Shown here: positions 53,528 to 63,770 of the stretch, one piece after another
How the letters are laid out: the number at the start of each line of letters is the position of its first letter
Numbering within the stretch: position 1 is the stretch's first letter
DNA from: a virus
Reading direction: 5' to 3' (one strand)
Length of the DNA: 64,000 bases
IMG/VR virus record: IMGVR_UViG_3300046714_000065
Span: 2,436 to 66,435 of that record
The notes under the pieces: generated by a model
Told to the model about the DNA's origin: nothing
Seen by the model: only the letters and a program-made list of their open reading frames with translations
The model's database searches: none
Translations under genes and position numbers: made by a program

Positions 53528-55414
53528 TTATCCAACTCCGTAGAAGCCCTCATTAGACTTCCAAAATTCCTTAGGAACTTCCTTCAGGATATCTGATGCT
53601 TTTAAGATGTCACTCTCAGTTAGAACTTTATTACCAATACGGCTCTTCCCTGCTACAGGAATGATACCCTTCTCAATAGCTTCTGCTAGGAATCTATCGT
53701 AAGCTTCTTTAGGTAGACCTCGTTCCCTTAGTAAATCTAAAGTCTTTTTAACTGAATTGGCGTCTAGTACTCCAGCATAAATAGTTCTAAGTGCTTCTTT
53801 AGCCTTTAGCATATCTGCTGCATTTGTCATAAATGCATCATGAATAGTAGTGGCACCTATATTGTTTTTCTTACCCCATAATACAAACTGTTTAACTAAG
53901 ACAGCATCGTTACTGTGATTACCGTTAACGGCAAATGCTGTTCTTGCTCCAGTAGAATCTGCTATATCATTTATTTTACCGTCTTTATTAGTAAGCTCTT
54001 CAAACCATGTAGGATCTGTTTTCTGATCTACTTGAACAATATTGGTAATAATGTTCCCATCCTTGTCTTTATAGTAAAGACGTTCTTCATAACGCTGAGT
54101 GTATACTTGTTCCAATACCTTATTATCAAAGTTAACCCAAGGTACTTGTGTCCAGTTCTTACGTCCACCTTTAGCTGGCTCACCAAATACACCTAGCTTT
54201 ATATCCTGGTATATATCACCAAAAGATAACTTGAATCCAAACTTCTTGCCAGTAGGTCTATAATCAGGGCTTCTAACACCTAGCAATATTTCAGCAATAG
54301 TGCTATTAGGGTTAAAGCCAGGTATTGCCTTAAGTACATTTTCAAATAAAGGTATATTAGAGTCTATACCTAGTATCCTACCTAGATACTTATTAATCTT
54401 GTATCCACCTTTATATACACCAAAAGCTTTCTTCTTTATTAATCCTGTCCAATCAAATTCAGCCTCAGCAGGCTTAGCTGTCTCTAAGAATTCTTGAGCT
54501 ACTCTACCAAAGAACTTAGTAAAGTCATTAAGAATAGGAACACGCTCTTCCATCTTCTTAGTCATGATCTTACCAATAACAGCAAAGTCTTGAGGAGTAA
54601 TAACTTCAGCGTAGTCTCTACTAAGCTTCTCAACAAAATCTTTACTTTTAGGATCAAGCCACCACAGCTCATCCATTAGCTCAGCATCTGGTGATATACC
54701 TTTGTCAAAGATATCCTTAACTTGTTTACGTAAGCCCATAAGGTCATCAGCTGTCTCAGGATCCCATCGCTTGACTTTAGCAGCTCTAGCAGAGATCTCA
54801 CTAAGAACAGCATCACGCTCTTTAGTACTTACAACAAGTATAGTGCTATCCTTACCTAATGCTTTAGCTAACTTACGTTCTACATTCAATGATGCAGTTC
54901 TTTGGCCAGCACCATATAGTGTAACCATGTTATGCATCTTACTAGCCTTACGAAGATCTTTAAGTGATATGTTTAGTCTCTTATTTAGCTCTTTAAATTC
55001 ATGATCATCATATGTTGCAGCAGCTACTTCGTCATAGAGTCGCCTCTTTTGATTAGTAGGTACTACATTACTAAGCTCAGCTAGTTGTTTATTCTTAGTA
55101 GTCAATGCTATAATCTGAGCACCTGATGAGGATGCATCTTGCTCTAATGCTACATCAATCATGTAGTTATCTAAGTGTTTAAGATTATCCTCAGAATAAG
55201 GATTTTTAACATTCATAGGCTTAAGCTCTAGCTTAGAGACCTCTTTATCTAGCTCTTTATTTAATTCATCTACTAAGTCTTCTGAGTTAGTAATAGTCTT
55301 GGTCAAGCCTGCTTTTCTAGAAGCTATATCAGCTGCTTGTTTATTGGTCTTACCAAAGTAGATACTATTAGCATCTTTAATTACTGTATCCTCACCAAAC
55401 CTAATAGCTTTCAA
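53528..55414 (-). CDS. C-terminal part of a second T7-like RNA polymerase (motifs A, B, C)
   Basis: LEQDASSSGAQI (A), RKASKMHNMVTLYG (B), NGNHSNDA and TIHDAF (C). Confidence 0.88.
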   Translation of the reverse strand: MKAIRFGEDTVIKDANSIYFGKTNKQAADIASRKAGLTKTITNSEDLVDELNKELDKEVSKLELKPMNVKNPYSEDNLKHLDNYMIDVALEQDASSSGAQIIALTTKNKQLAELSNVVPTNQKRRLYDEVAAATYDDHEFKELNKRLNISLKDLRKASKMHNMVTLYGAGQRTASLNVERKLAKALGKDSTILVVSTKERDAVLSEISARAAKVKRWDPETADDLMGLRKQVKDIFDKGISPDAELMDELWWLDPKSKDFVEKLSRDYAEVITPQDFAVIGKIMTKKMEERVPILNDFTKFFGRVAQEFLETAKPAEAEFDWTGLIKKKAFGVYKGGYKINKYLGRILGIDSNIPLFENVLKAIPGFNPNSTIAEILLGVRSPDYRPTGKKFGFKLSFGDIYQDIKLGVFGEPAKGGRKNWTQVPWVNFDNKVLEQVYTQRYEERLYYKDKDGNIITNIVQVDQKTDPTWFEELTNKDGKINDIADSTGARTAFAVNGNHSNDAVLVKQFVLWGKKNNIGATTIHDAFMTNAADMLKAKEALRTIYAGVLDANSVKKTLDLLRERGLPKEAYDRFLAEAIEKGIIPVAGKSRIGNKVLTESDILKASDILKEVPKEFWKSNEGFYGVG

Positions 55415-58400
55415 AGCGCGTTATCAGGTTTAAGGTAAGACGTCTTTAAATGCTCATCTAGCAATTCTCCAAGCTCTTCAACTACCTGTGTAGTGATATA
55501 CTTACGAGTATTACCTTTAGAGCGTGCTATAAACTTCTCTTTATTCTCTGCTATCTTTGCAGTGGATAAAGGTGCACCTGTATCGTGATCAAATGTCTTA
55601 TAGGTAGCTCTTTCATACCTAGTCTTAGTAAGCTCTACATCAGTAGTATGCAACCACTTTAAGGCATTACTAGCATCTGATTCGGATATCTTACCAGTCT
55701 TAGCAAGCCTTATTAGCTCTGCTTGTGACTTAATAATTTCACTTGGAGTACCTGCATAATTAGCTACTGCTTTATTCTCAACACCTAGCATTCTAGCAAG
55801 ACCTGCAACGTCTACACGTTCATCCATTAAAGCTTGTGTTACATTAGCAATATGCCTACCTCTAGGTATTCTTAGATACTCATCTATCTTAGCTACTTCT
55901 AATGCAAACCTTAGGAACTTACCTTGATCTTCTGGATCAATCTCTAACATCATATGATGATCTAGTATGAATCTAATATCATTAGGCTTATTACGCCTAA
56001 TAGCTTTACCTATCTCTACTAAGTCATTCCTATACTTCTCAAATATCTTCACTCTACCTGTTTGCGATAAGCCATTAAATTGACCTTCAAACGTATCTGA
56101 TAAACCACCTAAGAAGCCACCTACCTGGTCTACAATGTTATGATAACCATCTTGACCTAGAGCCTTAGCCTTAGGGCTATTTAGGAACGGTCTAAATGTT
56201 TCACCTGACTGTGGGCCAATAAAGCCAGAGTCATAGAAACGACCACGGTGATCAATAAATGCATGATTGCTAAATGCCATATCTTTAGACTTAAAGTATT
56301 CCATCATTTTAAATCGCTCATAGCTATCACTACGACCTGATATATACTTCTTATAGCCATTTAGGTCTTCATATAACTTAGCATTACCACGATCATCTCT
56401 AAAGTTAAGCATATTATCAACAAAGCTATGAAACTCATTATCTACTTTATACTGTGACTGGCTATACCAATTCATAGCATCAGCCATATTCTCATCAATT
56501 AGTTCTGTTGGCAGATTAACAAATGATGAGGATGAAGTAATAGGTATTCTAGTATCATAATAGAATCCTGCCTTATTCTTAATAAAGTACGTCTTGTAAC
56601 CTGGCCTAACAAACATCTGATTCTTTAGTTCATCATTAACACCTATACGATAGCCTACGTCAATGGCTCTATTAAGATATGAATAACGCTTGATTCGTTT
56701 ATCTCTGATGATAATATTCTGACTGAAGGTGTCATAGTATTGGCCGAAATACTGGCCAGACATCCTACTACGCATTCTTCTTTTCTTAACCCCAAATGTT
56801 TCAAGCTCATAGAAGCCTGATTCCATTGCTCTATCCAATAAGTATACGCCAGAGTCATACCACTCCTTCTTAGAGCCACGCATATTAGCCATTGTAAAGA
56901 GATCTCTACCTAAGCTAACAGCAAGTTGATCACGATCAGGAGCATTATCTAGAGCTAGCTTCTTAGCAAACTTAACATAGAAATTATCTAAGGCTACATC
57001 ACTCATTCTAGATTCACCTGTGACTGTATACCTTAACTTTAGAGGTATACCCTTATTAATCCAAGGCTTAAGCTCCCAAGCTATTGTTGGTAGCTTTCTA
57101 ACTTCCCATAAGTTACGCTCAATAATATTATCATGAAAGCTTTTAGCTAGGTCTTCTAGCTGTGTAGCACCAAGGATAGGGTCTAAGAATGCCTCTTGCT
57201 TTATCTTATAAAAGAAATCAGCATTGTTACGTAAATTAGTTTCTATATATTCGGATACGTTAGTTAAGCTATGATTCATTTCAGTATTAAGCACAGCCTT
57301 AAGATTTAGCCAAGGCTTACTATCATTCTTCCTGAAACGTTCAAATACTACACGAATATTATCAGTAACAACAGATGTCTCATTAATACCTATCTTACTA
57401 GTTAGCTCATCTTTAACTTGCAGTATGAAAGCCTTATCCTTATCAGTTAGTACTTCAGAATCCTCTACTAACCTAACAGCTCGCTCATTAGCAGCTTTAT
57501 TAGGAGCATAGATTCTAGCATCTTCACGACGCTTAGTAATTGGATTAAATACTAGCTGCTCTTCAGTAGGAGTAGCTTGTAATACTCTGTTCTTAGTACC
57601 TTTCTTAACATGTGGAAGTATACCACGGTAGTTAGTTAAGCTAAGCTGACCGTTAAGATCACCTGATTGTAGTTTATAGTACTCTACAAGATTAGTCATT
57701 GCCTCAGGCTTATTAATTAACTCATCTGGTGATGTAAAGCCTAAGTTCAATGAATCTAGCCTTTCTTTAGCTAGCTCAAATGTTCTGGATGTACCTTCAA
57801 CAGATGCACCCATTGTATTAGCTGTACCCTCTTCACCTGTTAGCATCTTAAGCTCTCTCAAGCCTATTGATGCACCTTTAGGTGTAGAGAACTTATCAAC
57901 AAGTAATTGACCTTGTTGAAATAACCTTAGCTTCTGTACATCACCTAAATGTACTAGCTGTACATTAGCAGGTTGTACCCTAAGCCAATCATTATAGCTA
58001 AGCTTCTCAAATGTATTACCTGTAAAGGTATGAGCAGCAGCTATATCATACTTCTCAATTTCAGCTGCACTTAACTGAGCTATATTCTGATTGCGTACTG
58101 CCTTAACAGCATCTAGATTTCTAAGCTTATCCCATGACTTAGGCACAGGCAATGTAGTAGACCTACAATAAAAATGCTGAGGAGGTCTATGTGATATATC
58201 TGATATTGGAAATACTCTACCATCAAGGTGTGTACATATCAAAGTAGTCCTACTGTCAAGTATAGAGATATACTGATAGCCACCAAGATAAGCAGAGTTA
58301 GCAGTATATACGGCATGATCTACCTGATTGTATACGCTAGTAGTACTAGTAACAACTAGACCTGTAGCATGTGACCTAGTAAGCTTAAACGTCTTCATAA

Positions 58401-58887
58401 CTTCACGAATAGTATCTGCTTCCTTAGCACCTTTAGATAAGCCTAACCTAATAGTCTGTTCTATTCTCATACGCTCATTATCAGTAAGCGTTTCCCACAT
58501 TCCTGCTAAATTCTGATTCTTATAAAGAGGTGTCTCTAACACTATCTCCTTAGCTATATAGCGAGGAGGTGCTTCTGGCCTAATATAATTATTAAATGAT
58601 CTATTTAGGTTATTCATAGTACTACCTACAGTATCATTACCTAGATCTATGAGGTTACCTGCTGTAAGCTGATAAGCCTCTTTACTAAACCTGGCTATCT
58701 CTGCATCAAGCATAGGATTAATAGGCTTAATGCTATTCCAACCAAATTGTTCAAGAGCCTTCTGTACATTAACCTGGTGATCATCAATAACTACACTGAC
58801 TTTACCATCTAACCTAGCAGTATACAGCCTTATAAGAGCATCTCTATTTATTTTTGCGTCACCTATGTTAGTCATTGCATCTTTCAT
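55411..58887 (-). CDS. MuF/SPP1-gp7 head morphogenesis domain fused to the N-terminal part of a T7-like RNA polymerase
   Basis: YISILDSRTTLICTHLDG....PPQHFYCRS (MuF), followed later by FIDHRGRFYDSGFIGPQSGETFRPFL (DxxGR region). Confidence 0.88.
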   Translation of the reverse strand: MKDAMTNIGDAKINRDALIRLYTARLDGKVSVVIDDHQVNVQKALEQFGWNSIKPINPMLDAEIARFSKEAYQLTAGNLIDLGNDTVGSTMNNLNRSFNNYIRPEAPPRYIAKEIVLETPLYKNQNLAGMWETLTDNERMRIEQTIRLGLSKGAKEADTIREVMKTFKLTRSHATGLVVTSTTSVYNQVDHAVYTANSAYLGGYQYISILDSRTTLICTHLDGRVFPISDISHRPPQHFYCRSTTLPVPKSWDKLRNLDAVKAVRNQNIAQLSAAEIEKYDIAAAHTFTGNTFEKLSYNDWLRVQPANVQLVHLGDVQKLRLFQQGQLLVDKFSTPKGASIGLRELKMLTGEEGTANTMGASVEGTSRTFELAKERLDSLNLGFTSPDELINKPEAMTNLVEYYKLQSGDLNGQLSLTNYRGILPHVKKGTKNRVLQATPTEEQLVFNPITKRREDARIYAPNKAANERAVRLVEDSEVLTDKDKAFILQVKDELTSKIGINETSVVTDNIRVVFERFRKNDSKPWLNLKAVLNTEMNHSLTNVSEYIETNLRNNADFFYKIKQEAFLDPILGATQLEDLAKSFHDNIIERNLWEVRKLPTIAWELKPWINKGIPLKLRYTVTGESRMSDVALDNFYVKFAKKLALDNAPDRDQLAVSLGRDLFTMANMRGSKKEWYDSGVYLLDRAMESGFYELETFGVKKRRMRSRMSGQYFGQYYDTFSQNIIIRDKRIKRYSYLNRAIDVGYRIGVNDELKNQMFVRPGYKTYFIKNKAGFYYDTRIPITSSSSFVNLPTELIDENMADAMNWYSQSQYKVDNEFHSFVDNMLNFRDDRGNAKLYEDLNGYKKYISGRSDSYERFKMMEYFKSKDMAFSNHAFIDHRGRFYDSGFIGPQSGETFRPFLNSPKAKALGQDGYHNIVDQVGGFLGGLSDTFEGQFNGLSQTGRVKIFEKYRNDLVEIGKAIRRNKPNDIRFILDHHMMLEIDPEDQGKFLRFALEVAKIDEYLRIPRGRHIANVTQALMDERVDVAGLARMLGVENKAVANYAGTPSEIIKSQAELIRLAKTGKISESDASNALKWLHTTDVELTKTRYERATYKTFDHDTGAPLSTAKIAENKEKFIARSKGNTRKYITTQVVEELGELLDEHLKTSYLKPDNAL

Positions 58888-58896
58888 ACTAGCTCC

Positions 58897-60492
58897 TTAT
58901 GCTGCTGGTTTAGCCTGAGGTTCCTTAACTTCGTTCTGTTGCTTAACTAGCTTAGTTACATTATTAGCGTAGCTCATACCTTGTGCAACTTGATTAATGT
59001 TAGGTTGAGTAAGTTCATCTTCATCAATCTCTTTCTTACCTTCCTTATCATCATAATCGCTAGGCAGCAGATCATTGCCTTTAAGCAAGCTGATCCATGC
59101 AGTGCGAGGTATAAGATTCTTCTCATAGATCTCAGTCATCAGCCTCAGCCAATCAGCACCTAATGGGATTGGATCAAAGTCAGCACTAAGAGTAAAGAGA
59201 ATGTCACCAGGCACTAGTTGCAGATTATATCTACGATTAATCAGATAGGTAATAATAGCTGACATAGTAGTGCTAACCTTAGTATTAAGGCTACCTAGCT
59301 GAGCTGTCTGTGATGCATTACGTAATTGCAATGCTACTCCAGATTGATCAGTCTCAGGTGTAAGCATACGTACACCAAGCTTAGCAATCTCATCAAGAGC
59401 TGATTTAATAGCTGCTTCTAGATCTGACAGTGCTTCTACAGGTGTAGACAGTACACCAATAGTATCACCAGTACGAAGCTTAATCCATGTACCTAAACCT
59501 TGATTAACAATACTATCAAAGTCAGTCTGCTGCATATCACTAGCAATCCAAGGCGTATAGGTAGATGCGCCATAGAGTAAGTGATTACGTCTACTAGTCT
59601 TATTATATAATGCTGCTTCTTTATCAATCAATGGTAATAGCATAGGGTCAATAGGCTCTATGTTACCATTAAGTGGCCATGCGGGAATCTTATCCAGAGG
59701 CTTACCAAATGCTTGAGGTGTAATAGTATCAACCAGTTGAGGTGATGCTACAATCTTAGGTGTCACTACAACACCAGCAACTGCTTTAGGATCAGTACCA
59801 TCAGTAGGTGTCTCAAATACTCTAATCTGATACTTGTTATCAATAATCTCATGTACCCAGATAGTATCAACATATACTGGATGTGTCTCTAATTCATCTA
59901 CATACTTCTCAACTGAACCTTTGATAACTACCTTAGATAACACATTATTGCCATTAACATTATTCACTTTCCAGTTGATAATGTTCTCAGCATTCCAGAT
60001 AACTGGATAAGGCTTAACCTCTTTACGCTGATCAGGTGTTAGCTTATCATAAGCTTCAGTAGTGATATTAGGATAATCTACATATACCCATGCCCTACTA
60101 GTCTGCACTTCTTCATATAGCACTTCATCTAAGAAGCCCATAATAGAGTTGCCATCAGCACTAATAGCTTGGCTAATCCATTCCTTAGCCTCATCAGGTA
60201 CATTCTCTTGGTAGTCTATTTGTGGAGGCTTACGTAATAGCCCACCTACAAGTAGCTTACTGAATTGAGCATTAATGCCAGGTAGCTCAGCTTCTCTTTT
60301 AAAGAAGTTATACTGATCCTGAGACATGCTAGGTGAGAATGGAATAAGTAAGTTACTTTGAGCAGTAACTAACATGTCATGCTCTTTTACATATTGCTCA
60401 CCATGTATAACAGCTCTACACTTAATCCATGTATCAAATAAGCTCTCATATTGTGGATTAGGATCTTGTAGCTGCTTAGATGCGTACATCAT
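58897..60492 (-). CDS. portal protein (DUF4055-like)
   Basis: Follows TerL; W..CRAV..GE..VK, RAWVYVDYP, PYPV...AENIINW. Confidence 0.85.
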   Translation of the reverse strand: MMYASKQLQDPNPQYESLFDTWIKCRAVIHGEQYVKEHDMLVTAQSNLLIPFSPSMSQDQYNFFKREAELPGINAQFSKLLVGGLLRKPPQIDYQENVPDEAKEWISQAISADGNSIMGFLDEVLYEEVQTSRAWVYVDYPNITTEAYDKLTPDQRKEVKPYPVIWNAENIINWKVNNVNGNNVLSKVVIKGSVEKYVDELETHPVYVDTIWVHEIIDNKYQIRVFETPTDGTDPKAVAGVVVTPKIVASPQLVDTITPQAFGKPLDKIPAWPLNGNIEPIDPMLLPLIDKEAALYNKTSRRNHLLYGASTYTPWIASDMQQTDFDSIVNQGLGTWIKLRTGDTIGVLSTPVEALSDLEAAIKSALDEIAKLGVRMLTPETDQSGVALQLRNASQTAQLGSLNTKVSTTMSAIITYLINRRYNLQLVPGDILFTLSADFDPIPLGADWLRLMTEIYEKNLIPRTAWISLLKGNDLLPSDYDDKEGKKEIDEDELTQPNINQVAQGMSYANNVTKLVKQQNEVKEPQAKPAA

Positions 60493-60884
60493 TCACCTCG
60501 CATAAACTTGTTAAACTCTTTAATGCTGCCATGAAATATCTCACCTGTAATAGCATTAACAGCATCAATACCATCTTCATCATTAACATTAACAGTCCAG
60601 TTAGCTGGCATAAGGCTAGCAGCTGAACGAGGTACAGCCTTAACAAGCTTACCAGTAGTGTCCATCTTCAGATCACTAAGCTTCTCAACACCACTATGTT
60701 CAAGCGTACCAGTGCTAGCTAGTGTCAAAGGTTTAATAAAATCAGGCTCTTTAGCATTATATGCAGCTAGCTCTTTATTCATAAGCTCTCTAACATCAGC
60801 ACTTGTATCTACTTGGCTAGGTAAGTCAAATAAGTCATTAGGCTTCTTAGTAAGATTCATGATATGTTCAAGATTAGGATCCAT
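60489..60884 (-). CDS. hypothetical protein
   Basis: Coupled ORF between TerL and portal. Confidence 0.6.
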   Translation of the reverse strand: MDPNLEHIMNLTKKPNDLFDLPSQVDTSADVRELMNKELAAYNAKEPDFIKPLTLASTGTLEHSGVEKLSDLKMDTTGKLVKAVPRSAASLMPANWTVNVNDEDGIDAVNAITGEIFHGSIKEFNKFMRGE

Positions 60885-61090
60885 TATCTTTCCTTTACTG
60901 TATTAGGTGTACTAGCCTTATCAGCTGGCACATTAGGTTTAAAGAACTTGCTATCGCCATCACCATGAGGGTTATTCTCAGAGTCAACTATTTGTTCCCA
61001 GCATAGAATACAGAACTTAGTCTTAGTGTATACCATACTAGAGCATGCTACCAATAAGAGCAATGTAATAAGTAGTATTACTTTCCTCAT
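60884..61090 (-). CDS. small putative lipoprotein
   Basis: MRKVILLITLLLLVA-C signal peptide with lipobox; GGAGAG RBS. Confidence 0.5.
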   Translation of the reverse strand: MRKVILLITLLLLVACSSMVYTKTKFCILCWEQIVDSENNPHGDGDSKFFKPNVPADKASTPNTVKER

Positions 61091-61112
61091 AGCTCTCCCA
61101 TTCTCCAAAACA

Positions 61113-62657
61113 TTAGAAGTTAAAGCCTCTAGTTGCAACTCTTGCTCCAGTCATAGGCCAGAGCCAACTAAACATGTATCTAATACCATCACTAAAGTGC
61201 TCTATATCCATAGATTTATCGATAGTAGCTGTATCAGGATTCTTATCTAACCACTGTGTCTTAGTAACTGAATCAATAACTGGCTTACAATCAGCTAATA
61301 TGAATGCATAACGCTTACCAGGCTTCTTAGTGATAGGATTATCTGCTGTTTTAAATCTAGCATTAGTGGCTTTAACACTGTCGCTTATGCTGGGATGATT
61401 CTTCATTGCTCTTACATCAAAGCCAAAGCCTTCAAGTATAGTTAAGTCATTCTGCCCTATTGGAGCATTAGTATGACCAGCCTTACCTGATGGATCAGGA
61501 TAGCAATGTATCTGTCTAGCAGATCTATGCTCATTGACATACTTCTTATAGATAGATTGACCTAATGCATCTGTATTATAGCTACCTTGCAGATAGCCTA
61601 TGCAACATGCATATTGACCACGTACTACCCATACACCACTACATTGCTTACGTATGTTAAAGTCTATTGATATATGTAGATCTTCATTTGGTGCTGCAAC
61701 AACACTACCAGCAGGTAAGACATTATACTGCTTATTAAAGTTATAGAATACGTTAGCACCGGTATCTTGGAACATAGCCTTGTATTCTCTATTAAAGTTA
61801 ATCTGATCCATTGTATCAGCAGCTTTAGCAATTTCATCTTGATCGAGATAAGGCGATTTAGTATAGTCATAATGATAACTCTTCCAGCCAGGAATAACTC
61901 CACCATTCTCATATAACTTAAAGAATGTATCTTCAGTCTTAGGAGAGGCTATTGACAATAACCGCCCTGGGTTAATCTCAATAGATTCACCTGTAGCTTT
62001 GAGTATCGCTTCTTTAAGTATCCTCACCATCTTAGGTGACCATCTAGTATTAATGCATGGCATAATAATAGCTTCAATAGCATCAAGCTTCTCTTTCTCC
62101 TTCATATTAAATGTAGGTAATTCATCCACTATAACAAAGTAATAACCTTTACCACGCATACGCTCAATAGCATCACCTGAGATAAGCCTTAATTCAGTCT
62201 GATTATGAAACCTAAATACACCTGCATCACGGCTAGCTTTATCAGCACTACCTTCTAAGCCAAATTGATAAGCTAGTAATGGGTAATAGATATCTACAGC
62301 TTGATCATATGTAGGGCATACTATACCTACCTTCTTATTAGGTATCCATGCAGGTAACTGATTAAGCTCATCAACAGCAGTAACAGCACATGCAGCAGCT
62401 AATACTGTCTTACCAAAGCCACGACTAGCAGCTACAGTAGCAAATCTAATATCTCGTTTAAGGAACATATCACTGAATACAATACTTTGACCTGCATGTA
62501 AACTAGTAGAGCTAGGCTGCTCATTAAAGCTATCCATATTAGCACTACTTAAATCTAGATAAGATGTATCATCAGCTATCTTTAGTAGCTCAGTCATCTG
62601 TACTACATCTAATACACCACTCTCAATGATCTCTTCAAGCTCTGCTTCAGTGTACAT
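61113..62657 (-). CDS. terL: terminase large subunit
   Basis: Walker A ASRGFGKT, Walker B VIVDE, FNREY.A.F, nuclease IDFN, YPDPSG and EHFSDGIRY. Confidence 0.93.
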   Translation of the reverse strand: MYTEAELEEIIESGVLDVVQMTELLKIADDTSYLDLSSANMDSFNEQPSSTSLHAGQSIVFSDMFLKRDIRFATVAASRGFGKTVLAAACAVTAVDELNQLPAWIPNKKVGIVCPTYDQAVDIYYPLLAYQFGLEGSADKASRDAGVFRFHNQTELRLISGDAIERMRGKGYYFVIVDELPTFNMKEKEKLDAIEAIIMPCINTRWSPKMVRILKEAILKATGESIEINPGRLLSIASPKTEDTFFKLYENGGVIPGWKSYHYDYTKSPYLDQDEIAKAADTMDQINFNREYKAMFQDTGANVFYNFNKQYNVLPAGSVVAAPNEDLHISIDFNIRKQCSGVWVVRGQYACCIGYLQGSYNTDALGQSIYKKYVNEHRSARQIHCYPDPSGKAGHTNAPIGQNDLTILEGFGFDVRAMKNHPSISDSVKATNARFKTADNPITKKPGKRYAFILADCKPVIDSVTKTQWLDKNPDTATIDKSMDIEHFSDGIRYMFSWLWPMTGARVATRGFNF

Positions 62658-62774
62658 AATGCATTACCTCTATAGCAACAATACCAGCTACTATCAGGAA
62701 GTATAATGGATTAGGATCTACTAGGAACATATATGTAACTAGTATAAACATCAGTATACCAATAATTAATACTG

Positions 62775-63239
62775 TCATACCACTGTCTTCCATCCAGGGC
62801 CAATAGGTGTTCTAGCACCTTGAGCCTTATACTCAGGGAATGCTTCACGAGCTTCTTCTAATGCTTCATTAATCTCAACTAATAAGCCTTGCTCTTCTTC
62901 CATAACAGCCTTACCATCAATATTAATAATAACAGGTTGAAGATTATTACCATTAGCAGCTTGCTCTTGTGGTACCTTGCTATAAGCATAAGGCATAAGC
63001 TCTCTAAGTACATTATACTTTAATGCCATTAGTGTAGCAATAACCATAGCTGGTCTCTTACCACTATTCTTAAGCTCATTAATTTCAACATCTATCTCAG
63101 CTAGCTGTAATACTAACCTACCTAATGGATCACATCTAAGATCTTTAAGCCTCTGCTGACTCTTGCTACTTACAGGTGTACCAGGTGTCACTGATCTCCT
63201 GTATGATACCTCACCAGACATATCACCTCCAGTTCGCAA
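62775..63239 (-). CDS. putative terminase small subunit
   Basis: Upstream of TerL; helical, with L.ELMPY.Y.K and a V.INI C-terminal strand. Confidence 0.55.
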   Translation of the reverse strand: MRTGGDMSGEVSYRRSVTPGTPVSSKSQQRLKDLRCDPLGRLVLQLAEIDVEINELKNSGKRPAMVIATLMALKYNVLRELMPYAYSKVPQEQAANGNNLQPVIINIDGKAVMEEEQGLLVEINEALEEAREAFPEYKAQGARTPIGPGWKTVV

Positions 63240-63380
63240 AAATAAATAGAAAATAAAGGGCCACCATAACAGTTAAGTTATGATGACCCATTTGTTATCT
63301 GCCAACTGACAAGATAACGATTTTTAGGGGCCATAAGGGCTAATAATACGCCGATATGACCCCTTGTGTGTTACGACTTG

Positions 63381-63770
63381 TTAGTCGTCAATCTCTTCCA
63401 GTTCAACAGGTGCAACAAACTCACCCTTCTTGAGCTTCTTCAGCACTAGATTACTAGGCTGCCAGTTATCAGCATCAATTTGTCGAACGCCATACCCTTC
63501 AGGAATAGAACCATGATACTGAAGATATACACAATCCTTCAAGTACCAGTAGAATTCTTTGTCGGTCTTCTTAGAGACCATCTTGATAATATAATGCCCA
63601 TGTTCATCTTTGGCTAGATCTTCAACTGGGATGATATTCCACAAGTGGCCATCACGCAGTAGGATCTTAGGTACACCAATGTTGCTATCATCATCAGGTG
63701 CAGCCAAGAAGAAGAACATCTTAGTGCGAACTTGATCAGGATTAAGAACGAATGCCATATTGACTTTCAA
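63381..63770 (-). CDS. hypothetical protein with a degenerate HNH-like C-terminus
   Basis: VYLQYHGSIPEGYGVRQIDADNWQPSNLVL resembles HNH_3 without the His residues. Confidence 0.5.
   Translation of the reverse strand: MKVNMAFVLNPDQVRTKMFFFLAAPDDDSNIGVPKILLRDGHLWNIIPVEDLAKDEHGHYIIKMVSKKTDKEFYWYLKDCVYLQYHGSIPEGYGVRQIDADNWQPSNLVLKKLKKGEFVAPVELEEIDD

Noticed and set aside
55408-55416. prfB-like +1 frameshift at CTT TGA
   Set aside because: The +1 frame hits TAG after three further codons; the RNAP continues in the -1 frame.
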